A stretch of DNA of 63,688 bases, counting the filler, from Reticulomyxa filosa (Eukaryota; Protista; Foraminifera), in NCBI GenBank assembly GCA_000512085.1. It is 21 parts of 21 records of this genome, joined end to end, with 100 filler letters (N's around TTAATTAATTAA, not from the genome) between each part and the next. Parts side by side here need not be neighbours in the genome. Positions count along the whole stretch, not along the records: positions 19,448 to 26,396 come from ASPP01000721.1; positions 26,497 to 28,734 come from ASPP01021726.1; positions 28,835 to 29,982 come from ASPP01021606.1; positions 30,083 to 31,354 come from ASPP01025226.1; positions 31,455 to 33,353 come from ASPP01017008.1; positions 33,454 to 44,822 come from ASPP01011245.1; 15 more parts are not named here. One strand, written 5' to 3'. Below, in pieces: positions 25,056 through 35,972 of the stretch; position 1 is the stretch's first letter, and each line of letters opens with the position of its first letter. The notes under the pieces were generated by a model, which was not told the DNA's origin, did no database searches, and saw only the letters and a list, made by a program, of their open reading frames with translations. A program made the translations under genes and the position numbers.

Positions 25056-26162
25056 ATGTCCGCGTCAAGAAGACAATATAAGATAAACAACAGTAGTGAA
25101 GATGAACATCAAATTTGTTCTACGAAGAATACAAACAAAAACTCTGGAACACTATACACAAGGCCACTTACAAATCCTAAAGAAGTTTACGATATAACAA
25201 ATATATTAGTCCAGTGTTTTATTGATTGTGGTTTTCCACGCAATAAAGTGTATGGAGTGGCTTTAAGTGGGGATATGGAAATAGGCTTGCCTATTCCATC
25301 TCGAAAGGAGCAACGATTGGTGTTTCTTTTCAAAGTAAGCCAAAGGAGGCAAATAAATAAAGAGTGCATTGAATCAGTGAAAAGAGATCAGGAAGATATT
25401 GCAATGTGGATTAAAAGTTTTTTGGAAAAAAAAAAAAGTATGTAGAAAAGTATTTGGATAAACAGTTCCGAATATCAATAAAAAGTGGAGTAAAGCTATT
25501 TTTTAAGAATTTCGTGCTTGCAATTGAAACCGCATTTACATATGAGAAGAGACAATACCATATGTTTCATTACAAAGAAAAGTACTGTCATTTGTACCCT
25601 CTTTCGAAAGAGGACCTTGGAATGGTTGCAAATGATCTGAATCATGAGTCGAGACGCTACTTGGACGATATTGCAATCGCAGAAAAAGAATTCCCTCATT
25701 GCAGAAATTTTTTGGAGAAAAATATGAAATTATCACTGGCTCTGCTTGAAAGTTATTATATTCAGGAGTCAATCCATAAAGATTCCGAGTTGCTCAAGTG
25801 TATCGGATTTTTAAGATGTTGGCAAGAGTACTTTGCAAATGCTACGTATAACCAAAATATTACGATGGGAAATGATCTCGAGTTGCTTGCTATTTACGCT
25901 CATTCCTGTCTATCACCTGTTGATGTCAAATTCGCTACCATTGTTCAGCGAGTCCTCGAAATTGTTCTCGAAATGCAACAAGGGCCAAGTGGCGAAGCGT
26001 TGTTTGCCTCCACGTGGCAATCCCAGCCTCAGCACGATCCCAAAAAAAAGAACTGTACGTGGTCTGTTGTTCAATCGCGGCTCCTTTGCATTGCCCTTCC
26101 AAATCAAACTTTTGCTCTTAACCATATCATTTCTTTCCATCGTTTCGTTGCGTTCTGTTTTA

Positions 26163-26194
<32 letters not shown>

Positions 26195-26341
26195 TTTAAC
26201 TTTTAAAAAAAAAAAAAAATGCATTTGAATTATATCCAGGTACATTCACAATGATGAACGATTTGTTAAAATGGAAAGAGGCTATACGAATACTGTCAAC
26301 GGGAAAGGAAAAAGAATTTGTGGAAGATGTTATTAGCGAAG
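25056..26341 (+). CDS. 2'-5'-oligoadenylate synthetase/DZF-like nucleotidyltransferase-fold protein, degenerate active site; truncated 3'
   Basis: SGDMEIGLPIPSRKEQRLVFL has the spacing of OAS GGSxGKGTxLxGxSDxDLVVF. LLKCIGFLRCWQ...LELLAIYAH...VQRVLEIV matches the OAS1_C/DZF C-lobe. Frameshift in the A12 run at 25426-25437; intron ~26142-26239. Confidence 0.7.
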
Positions 26342-26634
26342 GTACGCTTCACTCTTTTTTTTTTTTTTTTTTTTTTTATTTTTTTTTTTTTTTTTTNNNN
26401 NNNNNNNNNNNNNNNNNNNNNNNNNNNNNNNNNNNNNNNNTTAATTAATTAANNNNNNNNNNNNNNNNNNNNNNNNNNNNNNNNNNNNNNNNNNNNAGAT
26501 GACAATGGAAAAAAAAAAAGATGACAATGGAAAAAAAAAAGAATGCAATAGAAAAAAAAGTAAAAAAGAGAAAAAAATGATATGAAAAAAAAGATGAAAA
26601 AAAAAGAAAAAAAAAGTTCAATAAATGTAAATGA

Positions 26635-28734
26635 AAAAAGGGAAATTGTTCCCTAAAAACGAAGAATGTATGCGTACGGTTACACGCACGAACGTATCAA
26701 CCAACGCGCAGAAGAAAAGGTCCTGTACGAGTTGCCGAGTTAGTGGAGAGTCAGGAAAGAAAGCCAATGTCAATGTCAAGTAAAAAGATTGTCGTCGGGC
26801 GATCGGTCTACTTTTCACGATTGTTGCTCTCGAACTGGCCATACGTACGCGTATTCGCAACGGTGAAACTTTGTTCATAAATTTGTCGATTGTAGGCACC
26901 AGCACGCAAGAAAGAAAAATGAGAACAATGAGGACGGCGAAAATGAAGATAAGAAAAGAAGTACTAGTCGTAACTAGTCGAACGGAGAAGTCGAAGGTGA
27001 GTAAGAAAATAAAGTGGAAGTTGCAGGTACCTGTTCATGGCGATCGAGCGACTCAATCAGTGGAAGAGTTTGCAAAACTCGTGCCAAAACCAGGAAGCAA
27101 GCGCGGAAGATGATGTGAGAAGGAGGATATGAAGAAAAAAAAAATAATGTTAAGCACTTACCTGTTAAATTTGTTTTTTTTTAAAAAACTAATTAGTCTG
27201 ACACCTTTGTTCAATTTGCGCTTTTCCGGTCAAGAAGAACAATTCCGTCAACAAATTCGCCACTTACGTACGTGGACCATATTCAAATATCGTGTCCAAA
27301 TGGAAAATGAAAGCGGCAAGTTCAAGTAGTAGCAGAAAGAACGTTTGCGGTCAACATTGGCCTATAAAAGTGTCTGCGGATAATTGTTGGATAGACACAG
27401 CACCAAAGAAAACGTCGAAATGCAGCAAATACGTCCAAAAAAAAAAAAGAAATTATAAATGATAGCCTCTGTCATCGTATCGCCAATCCAAAAATTGCTG
27501 AATGAACATATTGGTGATAGATGAGAGAATTGCTAACGACAGCCATTGCCCAAGACCAAAGTGTGCCTCCCGCCACAAGAGCGATAAGAGCGGATGCAAC
27601 TCGTATTTCGAAGATATCAATTATATGTATGTTGGCATTGAAACAGTTGAAAAAATAATCTCCAAGTGCAATCGCAGACATTCTGGGTCTTGGTGCTGCC
27701 AGAATATGAAAGCAGAAGAAAAAAAGGGAAAGTGAAAAACGATGTCGACCGTTATGGTGTAATAACGACTGCAGCGACTGCATCGACGTGGAAAACGATG
27801 AAGAAAAAAGAAAACAATCAATATTGCAATCGAGCGAACCACTACATCGGTTGAATCATCACATGTTGGATTGGTTTAATTTTAGTTGTGCGATATTAAC
27901 AAGGCTTCAGCAAGCAGAAAAAGACGAAGAGGATGAGAACGGAGATAACTAGTGTTCCAAGATTATGTCGCGTTGGACTTGCTTAAAAGAAAAAAAATAA
28001 ATAAATAAAAAAAAAAACAATCAGTCCGTCGGCTTTATTAAAATTGATCTGTTCGTCTCGAAAGCGCAAAATCGCCACTCGCGGGCGTAGACTAACTGCC
28101 AGTAGCACTCCCCAATGGAAAATGTAGAACGGATATGGCAATGTCTAAAAATGTACCCGAAGGTTGCAAAGAACTTGTTTGCTAGCAACATATGCTCATA
28201 CAAGTCTCTGGCGCTTTGCCCAACCAACAATTATCCGCAAAGAAGGTATCCAGCTGCAGTCTACCGGGCCAACGAACAAGAGGAACTCCGTCGTTATGGA
28301 AATGGAACTAATTATACAAACGCAAGACAATAGCCGAAACACGCAGACTGGGAATCCCTGTCGAAACAAATTTGTGCATGTGCGCACACACACGACTAGT
28401 GTTTTGAATCATGCGCGTGCTGATGGAAGGAATCATAAGCCCCCGACGGGCGACATCGAGCATTGCGCGTTTTCAAACATGGACGAACATATTGCGCTAT
28501 CTTTATTTCTTCACAATGGAAATTGTTGCACTGGTGTAAATGTCAAGCGCAGTCCAATGACGACAACGACGAAATGCAGTCCAATCTTTTACTCATTTGT
28601 CAATTGTTTAAACCATTGGTCTGTGTTGTGTGCGCCAATACTTGGGTGGTGGTACTGTATTCTACGATTTGATTTTTGGTGTGCGCGGGAGAGCTAATGT
28701 CTCTCATTTCAAAAATGAGTCGCTGTGTATACGA
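26635..28734 (+). pseudogene. Degenerate member of the unidentified repeated-domain family (paralog of 13975-15204)
   Basis: cgttatggaaatggaactaattatacaaacgcaaga (~28292) vs cgttatggaaatggacctaattttattaacgcaaga (~14849). aaattcgccact and cacagcaccaaaga motifs are also shared. Confidence 0.45.
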
Positions 28735-28834
28735 NNNNNNNNNNNNNNNNNNNNNNNNNNNNNNNNNNNNNNNNNNNNTTAATTAATTAANNNNNNNNNN
28801 NNNNNNNNNNNNNNNNNNNNNNNNNNNNNNNNNN

Positions 28835-29490
28835 TTTTTGGGATTTCAAACATAATAAGAAATTACAAATATTCAATGAACACACTAGTAGTGTTTATGG
28901 AATTGAATTTTCACCACTTAATGGTGGTAGATATTTATGTTCTGGATCTAGTGACAGAACTATTCGTTTATGGGATGTTGAAACATCAAAATCATTACAT
29001 GTTTTCAATGGACATAAAGAGGGCGTTTGGTGTATTGATGTTTCACCATTACAAAGCAATAACAAAAATGATAATTATTATAATAAAATGAATAATATTG
29101 GTGTGATTGGTGGAAATGGATACAATTTGTTCTGGGTCATATGATCAAACCATTCGAATATGGGATATCGAAACAACTAAACAATTCAATGTATCAAAGG
29201 ACATGAAAATTATGTGAATAGTGTAAAATATGGATCAAATGAATTATTAAATACAATATTATCTGGATCAGATGATAAAAATATTCGTTTGTGGGATATT
29301 CGGTCTGATCAACAAATTCAAGTGTTCAATAGCCATACAAATAATGTGTATGCTGTTGAATATTCACCATTTATAATAAATGATAGTATTGGTAATTCAA
29401 ATGTGATATGTTCTGGATCATTTGATAATTTAATTCGTTTCTGGATATTCGATCAAATAAGAACGAATTGTATGTGACCAAAGGAGATGG
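28835..29490 (+). pseudogene. WD40 repeat gene with frameshifts
   Basis: GGRYLCSGSSDRTIRLWDV..GHKEGVWCI; CSGSYDQTIRIWDIE; ILSGSDDKNIRLWDIRS; ICSGSFDNLIRFW, in shifting frames. Confidence 0.85.
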
Positions 29491-29811
29491 GAAAGAATAT
29501 AATTTACTTTTTTTGTCGAATAAGAAATGAAAATGTTTTTGTTTGAAAAATTTGATTAAAAGAAAAGTAAAGTGATATTAAACTTGTTTGATTTGATTGA
29601 TTTCAAGCACTAAAAGATGCAAATTAACAGTTTTTTGGTACTTTTTTTTATCATTCAAAAAATTCTTTTGTAAAATATCTTTAACGTTGTTGCAAAATTT
29701 CTTTTTTAAAATTAGTTACTAACGAACAAAAAAATCATAGAATTTACAAATTTTTAACTTTTATATTCTTTCATTCCAAGTATTTGAAAATAATTTTCAA
29801 ATTGGAAAATA

Positions 29812-29982
29812 CAGTAGAATGCAAAGTAAAGTTGACACCTAAAACGGCACCTTATAGAAATGATTGATTTTCTTCATGAAAAAACAACATTCAGACCTAA
29901 TTTTTTTTTAAAAATATCTACAAATCGTGTACTTTTTAAATATCATTTTGGTTTTTTATTAAATCTTTACTAATTATTTCAA
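29812..29982 (+). mobile_element. MITE family end (TIR) running into the contig end
   Basis: TA|CAGTAGAATGCAAAGTAAAGTTGACACCTAAAACGGCACCTTATA..., highly similar to the first ~170 bp from 20404. Confidence 0.85.
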
Positions 29983-31154
29983 NNNNNNNNNNNNNNNNNN
30001 NNNNNNNNNNNNNNNNNNNNNNNNNNTTAATTAATTAANNNNNNNNNNNNNNNNNNNNNNNNNNNNNNNNNNNNNNNNNNNNGATTTAGCCGTTATTGCA
30101 TGTGACACAAGAAATATCTCGGCTGAATTCACGACAATTACAACAATTGTAAAAAAAAATAAAATGGAGCGATGCAAATGATAAATGCATTTGACTATAG
30201 TATCAAAGACATATTACAATTTTGAGCGAATAGAGAAGTGCATTTGATATATGCAAAGATACTTGATATCCAGCAATTGAGTGGTGTTAAGAGCTATTGT
30301 CGAGTCCAAACATTATAACTGCGACTTGGATTGAAATCGTTTTTTCGTTTTCAATTTGCTTTGATGCAAATGAATATTGGCGACGATGGACACAATACAT
30401 TTGAATTGAAGTCCGAAGCTCGCTATTTATCTTTCAGTTCGTGACTGAAAAAAAAAGGTATGTTCCAAATATATTTGCTTTATTTGAACACATAATATAT
30501 AAATACCTACTTGTGTTATAATTTGAAGCATAGTTTGCAAATAGAGCAAAATCCAACAAAGCAAAAAATCGACGACAAAACAAATCATTTCGCTTGCGGT
30601 ATATCGAGAACGTTGTAGTATTTAAAGATGACGAAGTCATGACGCAGCGAGAAAAGAGACCAATGTTCGAAACAGCGTAAAACGCATTATAAATATAGTC
30701 TTGAATCATTACACCAACTTTCTCCAGCATTGGGCCTGGCACTGTCGTGTCGTTGTTAGTCGATTTGAGAAGATATATACTTCATTGTGCAATGGATGAC
30801 ATTGTAAGTTTGACTATGTTTCGTAATTTATTTTTTTTTGTTCGAGGAAACACATAAAATAATACGACTTTATGACTTGTGTGTACGTATCATAGCTGAA
30901 AACAATGTAGTCAAAATGGGTATGAAGTGGAAAGGGAATCGCAACGATCAAGGTATATGTGCTACATGGTAGACGAAGCAATTTGAGAAATATCTCAAGA
31001 TAGTTTGGAATTGTAGAGCTTTGGGATATGATGGTAAAAAAAAAAAAAAAGGACGTACATTACGAATGGTCGGATCGACGGAACTGCAGCGACTAGCACT
31101 CGATCCAAGGCATTGGAACATTTGTGTATCTGTCGTTGATGGTTGAGAATTACT

Positions 31155-31210
31155 TTGGATTGGATTGGATTGGTTAGCAGATTAATTAGACTGGATTAGA
31201 TTGAATTAGG
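31155..31210 (+). repeat. Degenerate GGATT/AGATT pentamer repeat
   Basis: ttggattggattggattggttagcagattaattagactggattagattgaattagg. Confidence 0.5.
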
Positions 31211-31547
31211 TGCAAATAACATAAAAATAGGAGTGCGTTGGATTGAAAGATGATAATGAAGAAAAAAAATAAAGGAGGATCGGGTTGAGGTTGCATTGGA
31301 CAGCACTATATTTTAAAAAAATAATATAATTAAAATAATAACAGTAATCTAGGANNNNNNNNNNNNNNNNNNNNNNNNNNNNNNNNNNNNNNNNNNNNTT
31401 AATTAATTAANNNNNNNNNNNNNNNNNNNNNNNNNNNNNNNNNNNNNNNNNNNNTAACTTCAGGAAATGGTATAACTACCTATTGGTAAAGACTCTCATA
31501 ATTAAATATATTAGCTATTATAATAAATACAATTCGCTAAGAAAACA

Positions 31548-31622
31548 TGGTGCCGAAGAGAGGATTTGAACCTCCGACCTACTGATTACGAATCAGTTGC
31601 ACTACCCCTGTGCTACTTCGGC
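31548..31622 (-). tRNA. tRNA-Thr(CGT), bacterial type with encoded CCA
   Basis: Reverse complement GCCGAAGTAGCACAGGGGTAGTGCA ACTGA TTCGTAA TCAGT AGGTCGGAGGTTCAAATCCTCTCTTCGGCACCA forms a full cloverleaf. Confidence 0.95.
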
Positions 31623-31636
31623 AGCATATATTGAGC

Positions 31637-31664
31637 AGTATATTGCTTACATCGAAAAAAGCAA
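31637..31664 (-). promoter_or_regulatory. Putative sigma70 promoter for tRNA-Thr
   Basis: Minus strand TTGCTT-16 nt-TATACT, 14 nt upstream of the tRNA. Confidence 0.4.
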
Positions 31665-31696
31665 AACTATTTGTATTGTATTAGATGATTAGAAAT

Positions 31697-32209
31697 TTAT
31701 TTTGAATGATAGCGAACAATTTTTCTTATTCCCTTATCTTGCAAAGCTCGGTTATGACGAGAGAGATGAGCTCTTTTTGCAATTGTATCATCATGGAGGT
31801 ACTCCACTCTTACTCTTGCTTTACCTTTATTATAAAAACCTAAAACTTGTGCAGCTCGCATAGAAACATCTAAAATCCTATTCCCGATATATGGACCTCT
31901 ATCATTGATAAAGAGTTTCAAAGATTTATTATTTTCTAAATTTGTTACCAATATAATGCTATTTAACGGTAAATACCTATGTGCTGCGGAAAGGTAATTC
32001 ATGTTATAAACTTCACCATTTGCCGTTTTTTTGCCATGAAATTCAGAGCCATACCATGAAGCAATTCCAACTTCTTTGAATTGTACTCTCATCTTGTCAT
32101 GAGGACGATTGATTATCTTGGCAGTCCGCGATGGAGTATAAGCTTCAGCTAATAAAACCTGACTACTCAACAAAATAAATAAGCCAACTATGGTTATAAT
32201 TTTTTTCAT
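31697..32209 (-). CDS. rlpA: Septal ring lytic transglycosylase RlpA family (DPBB domain only, no SPOR)
   Basis: GIASWYG..FHGKKTANGEVYNM..LSAAHRYLP...INDRGPY..NRILDVS..AA. N-terminal signal peptide; intronless. Confidence 0.93.
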   Translation of the reverse strand: MKKIITIVGLFILLSSQVLLAEAYTPSRTAKIINRPHDKMRVQFKEVGIASWYGSEFHGKKTANGEVYNMNYLSAAHRYLPLNSIILVTNLENNKSLKLFINDRGPYIGNRILDVSMRAAQVLGFYNKGKARVRVEYLHDDTIAKRAHLSRHNRALQDKGIRKIVRYHSK

Positions 32210-32302
32210 GCTTATGTTTATATTACCCTAAAGAGATATTAATAATACAAAACTACATTTCATGCAAGCTTTTTCCTTGATAAGGCAGATTTATACGCCT
32301 GT

Positions 32303-32635
32303 TTATGAGCTTTTAACTTGATTAGCAAAATACTTTTCAAACTTATTTTCTTCTCCGTTATGAGACTCAGCATCTGACAAAGGAGGTTTTTTCTCGTTTA
32401 TATTTGGCCAGACAGTAGAATAAGTTTTGTTGATTTCCAACCACTTAATCAATTCAGGAGACTCTGGCTTTATAGCCTCAGCGGGACATTCAGGTTCACA
32501 CACACCACAATCGATGCATTCATCAGGATTAATTACCAGCATGTTTTCACCCTCATAAAAACAATCAACTGGACAAACTTCTACGCAATCAGTAAATTTA
32601 CATTTAATACAATTTTCCGTTACAACGTAAGTCAT
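32303..32635 (-). CDS. fdxA: Ferredoxin FdxA (7Fe/2x[4Fe-4S] type)
   Basis: [55 protein letters not shown]; AAAGG SD-like sequence upstream. Confidence 0.96.
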   Translation of the reverse strand: MTYVVTENCIKCKFTDCVEVCPVDCFYEGENMLVINPDECIDCGVCEPECPAEAIKPESPELIKWLEINKTYSTVWPNINEKKPPLSDAESHNGEENKFEKYFANQVKSS

Positions 32636-32736
32636 ACTTACCTTTCTGCTTGATTTTTTCAGTTTTTAATGTAGCTTCACCATGCTTATATACTAAGATT
32701 ATAACTTTGCAAGATTTTCATCTCGAAAGATACATT

Positions 32737-32827
32737 GCGGATGTGGCGGAATTGGTAGACGCTCTAGACTTAGAATCTAGTACCTAATACATATGGTGTG
32801 AGGGTTCAAGTCCCTCCATCCGCACCA
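32737..32827 (+). tRNA. tRNA-Leu(TAG), class II long variable arm, encoded CCA
   Basis: GCGGATGTGGCGGAATTGGTAGACGCT CTAGA CTTAGAA TCTAG ... GGTTCAAGTCCCTCCATCCGCACCA. Confidence 0.95.
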
Positions 32828-32855
32828 CTTAAAAGATGAAACAAAAAGGCTTTAA

Positions 32856-33302
32856 ATGAATAAAATTCTAATTGTAGAATCCACTTCTAATGAAGAAATA
32901 GCTAATATTTCTTTAGAAGAAACTAAAGCATTGCTAACTTCACAAGCACTTGATTTTGAAATCTTAAAAGTTAGAGGAGTGTTTCAAATTCCCGCTGCTG
33001 CAAGCATAGCTTTGGAATCATTTGACTACGATGGCGTCATTGCTTTAGGCGCAGTAATTAATGAGGATGAAACCAATGCATCATTATTATATAACGAATG
33101 CGTAAGGGGTCTTAACGATATATCTATTTATTTTTCCATACCATTAGGCTTAGGAGTAATTTTTGCTGAAAAACAAAGCGATGCTTTAAAAAGAATTAAT
33201 AAAATTATTAAGGATGCTGTCGAAGCATGTATTGATCTCATAAAAATAAAAAATCTATATCAAACATTTAACAATGAGCCCATTAAAAACTACACAAACT
33301 AA
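32856..33302 (+). CDS. ribH: 6,7-dimethyl-8-ribityllumazine synthase homolog (divergent)
   Basis: ILIV..., VRGVFQIP, YDGVIALGAVI, NECVRGL, IPLGLGV fit the RibH fold; ribH-nusB synteny supports the call. Confidence 0.85.
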   Translation: MNKILIVESTSNEEIANISLEETKALLTSQALDFEILKVRGVFQIPAAASIALESFDYDGVIALGAVINEDETNASLLYNECVRGLNDISIYFSIPLGLGVIFAEKQSDALKRINKIIKDAVEACIDLIKIKNLYQTFNNEPIKNYTN

Positions 33303-33353
33303 ATTTTATTCCAGTAAAATAAAAGCAAAACGATCAGCTCGTATATTGGCTGT
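33274..33353 (+). CDS. nusB: Transcription antitermination factor NusB, N-terminal fragment
   Basis: MSPLKTTQTKFYSSKIKAKRSARILAV has the Arg-rich NusB start and overlaps the ribH stop. Cut by the linker. Confidence 0.7.
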
Positions 33354-33453
33354 NNNNNNNNNNNNNNNNNNNNNNNNNNNNNNNNNNNNNNNNNNNNTTA
33401 ATTAATTAANNNNNNNNNNNNNNNNNNNNNNNNNNNNNNNNNNNNNNNNNNNN

Positions 33454-33487
<34 letters not shown>

Positions 33488-33515
33488 TGGGGGGGGGAAA
33501 AAAAAAAAAAAAAAC

Positions 33516-34290
33516 TTGATGCAATTTTCTCTTGAACAAATATGTCAGCACTGACGAAAATCCAATGTCCATAAACAGGAAAATTCCGCCCATAACCAAA
33601 AATGTGTTGACATTTCCAAATCTCAATAGCAATATACACATCCCAAACGTCACAAAAAAGCAAAGGATCATTGCTGTGCGAAATACCGTGTACATCCACT
33701 CTGGATACTGAAAATTTTTTTCCAGTGCTTTGGAACAAAGTTCGTGCAATCTTTTTAATATTTTTGTTTGTTTGGAACACGCTTGACAAAAGCATTTACT
33801 CAAATTTATCAAATAAAATGTGTACATTTGGTAGGAACTATGGACTTACCCAAAAAAAAAAGCCTTCTCACATACATATGCATATATATATGTATACGTG
33901 TTTTTTTTTTCTTCCTCAAATGTGTGATTGTGATCACCTATTAACCCATATCTTCACAAATAAGATACGCGCGATTGCGTAAGAGGAAACTGCTATCCCT
34001 TGCAATGTATCGTATACTATTGCTGGCCACGTGTTAAGCTGCGCGTTTAACATCCACAAGCTTTGGGTAGCTCCGCATGTGAAATAACAAAGCATCACTA
34101 ATGTATTGGTAGCTTTGGATATTCGCCTCAACGGGATATCTTCTTTTTCCCCCCACCAAATTTTCCTAGTTGTATAAGAAACTGTCACCGACGCCACTAG
34201 TACGGCCAAAAAGGCTACTGTTGTAAACAAGATGGATATTGGGTATATTCTGCCATAATAATATTTTGGAGGAGGTGTTGTATTTGACAT
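33516..34290 (-). CDS. Multi-pass (GPCR-like) membrane protein, first ~5 TMs, truncated
   Basis: Hydrophobic helices in exon 34290-33939 (..YAIARILFVKIWVNR) and in the next exon (RLHE..FQYPEW..DIGFSSVLTYLFKRKL). Confidence 0.65.
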
Positions 34291-35972
34291 TTATTAGTTT
34301 TTTTTGTCTTTATATCAGGTAAGATCCAATTTATTTTTTTGGGTTAACAACAGGTTTTGATTGAGTTTTCAACTTGTCGAAATGTTTTAAAGTCAGCATA
34401 TTTTAAATGGGATTCACAAAGTGATATTCCAGTAAAGCTGAGTGTTTATCCAGAGCAGTGCTTAAAAAAAAAGAATCCTAAAGCGGTGTTTAACAAAGTT
34501 GTCAACGGGACGTTGTTGTTTACTTGTTAACGTCAAAATGAGTATGCTGAATTATTGTGGGAAAAGCGAATTGCTATACTCACTGACAGTGGGCTCACGA
34601 GTATCACTGACAACAACAAGTGCATTCAGTACGGAAACTTTAAAATCGAAACAAGTAACATATTAGAAATTAGTGAACGGTCATGTACTTGATTACTTGG
34701 TCCACTGCATGAGTCGCAAACATTTAATGTACCAAACAACTGAAAAATACGTTTTTTTAATCCAATGCTCAAAGAATTCAACTGAATTGATCTTCCGTTT
34801 TTTTTGAGGAAAAGTATTGAGAAATAAAAGATTCGAAACATTTGCTGCAAAAATCCGTTACTTTTTTCTTTTGCTTTCGTCTGTCTTTCACAAGTGCAAA
34901 CTTCAAAACTGGCCCAGTGCTTGTTATGTTTGCGACTTGCAACTGCAAGAGATAAAAAACACAATTGCACACAAAATGGACACTGTCTATAACAAAAGGT
35001 CTCTTTATTTTATGTTGAGACTTTATGTTAATCAAGGATTTGTTGTGTAATGTCTAAAGATGCAATTTAAGGTTTCCAAAATCTCAAATTACTCTTCCAT
35101 TCCTTACACATTCTATAATCAGGTTAGCATGTGAGGTTCTGCCCTCGTGTGGAATATGCACTACTAATAGGGTAGACAGTATGACTAACATTTTAAAAAT
35201 TACACGATAAATCCTCTAATTGAAATTGGCAATGCCATAGAATCTTTATCAGAGTGTTGTCTGTGTGCACAAAAAGCTTGGTCTGTTCCCATCTCCCTAC
35301 ACTTCTCGAAGTGTCTCCGATGTGCCATCTGGCCTTGTCCTCTTCAGACAGGCATTGTGGCATCGTACTATACGTACAGAATTTTGGAGCTTGGAAATTT
35401 TGGATGGCTTTGCAACACTACCTCACTTAAGGGTTCATTGGAGTGTCGGTTCTTTTTTTTGGTGTGCTGACATAAAATTAAAAGAGTACACTGGTGAAGA
35501 ACGCACAGTAAGCAATCGCATACTTTACTTTTTTGAATAAATTTCAATAAAACAAAGTAAATTTGTAAAAAGAAAAAAACATGAAAACGTGCAAAGTTAA
35601 CCGGAAAAAAAGGGTTCCAAATGTCCTTGTGTCCTACCAACAAGTTTCTGTCCTCAATAAAACAATATAATAGATCGTAATCAAGTAAATTACATGTACT
35701 TCAGAAGTAGTATAAAATTTTACAAATGACCTAAATTACATTACACTTAGCTTTAATTGCTTCAGCTCCAAAGTGCTGTTATCGATTGTTGGACTGATTG
35801 ATGAGCATATATAAGACTAAGAAGAATTACAACAAATAATAAAAGATATGCTTCTGAAATCTTTTTGCTTTTTTCAAGTGTTTACCATAGAACAAGTTTG
35901 TTGTAGTGCAAACAAGAGTGTCCTTTACGACTACTCAAAGTGCTCGTAAAAAAATTCGTTGCAAAAATAATA

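Noticed and set aside
31155-31210. GGATT repeats as a possible telomeric tract
   Set aside because: Short, degenerate and not terminal in the contig.
30083-31354. ORF 30434-30742 and surrounding coding-like sequence
   Set aside because: No recognisable motifs and stops in all frames; no call can be supported.
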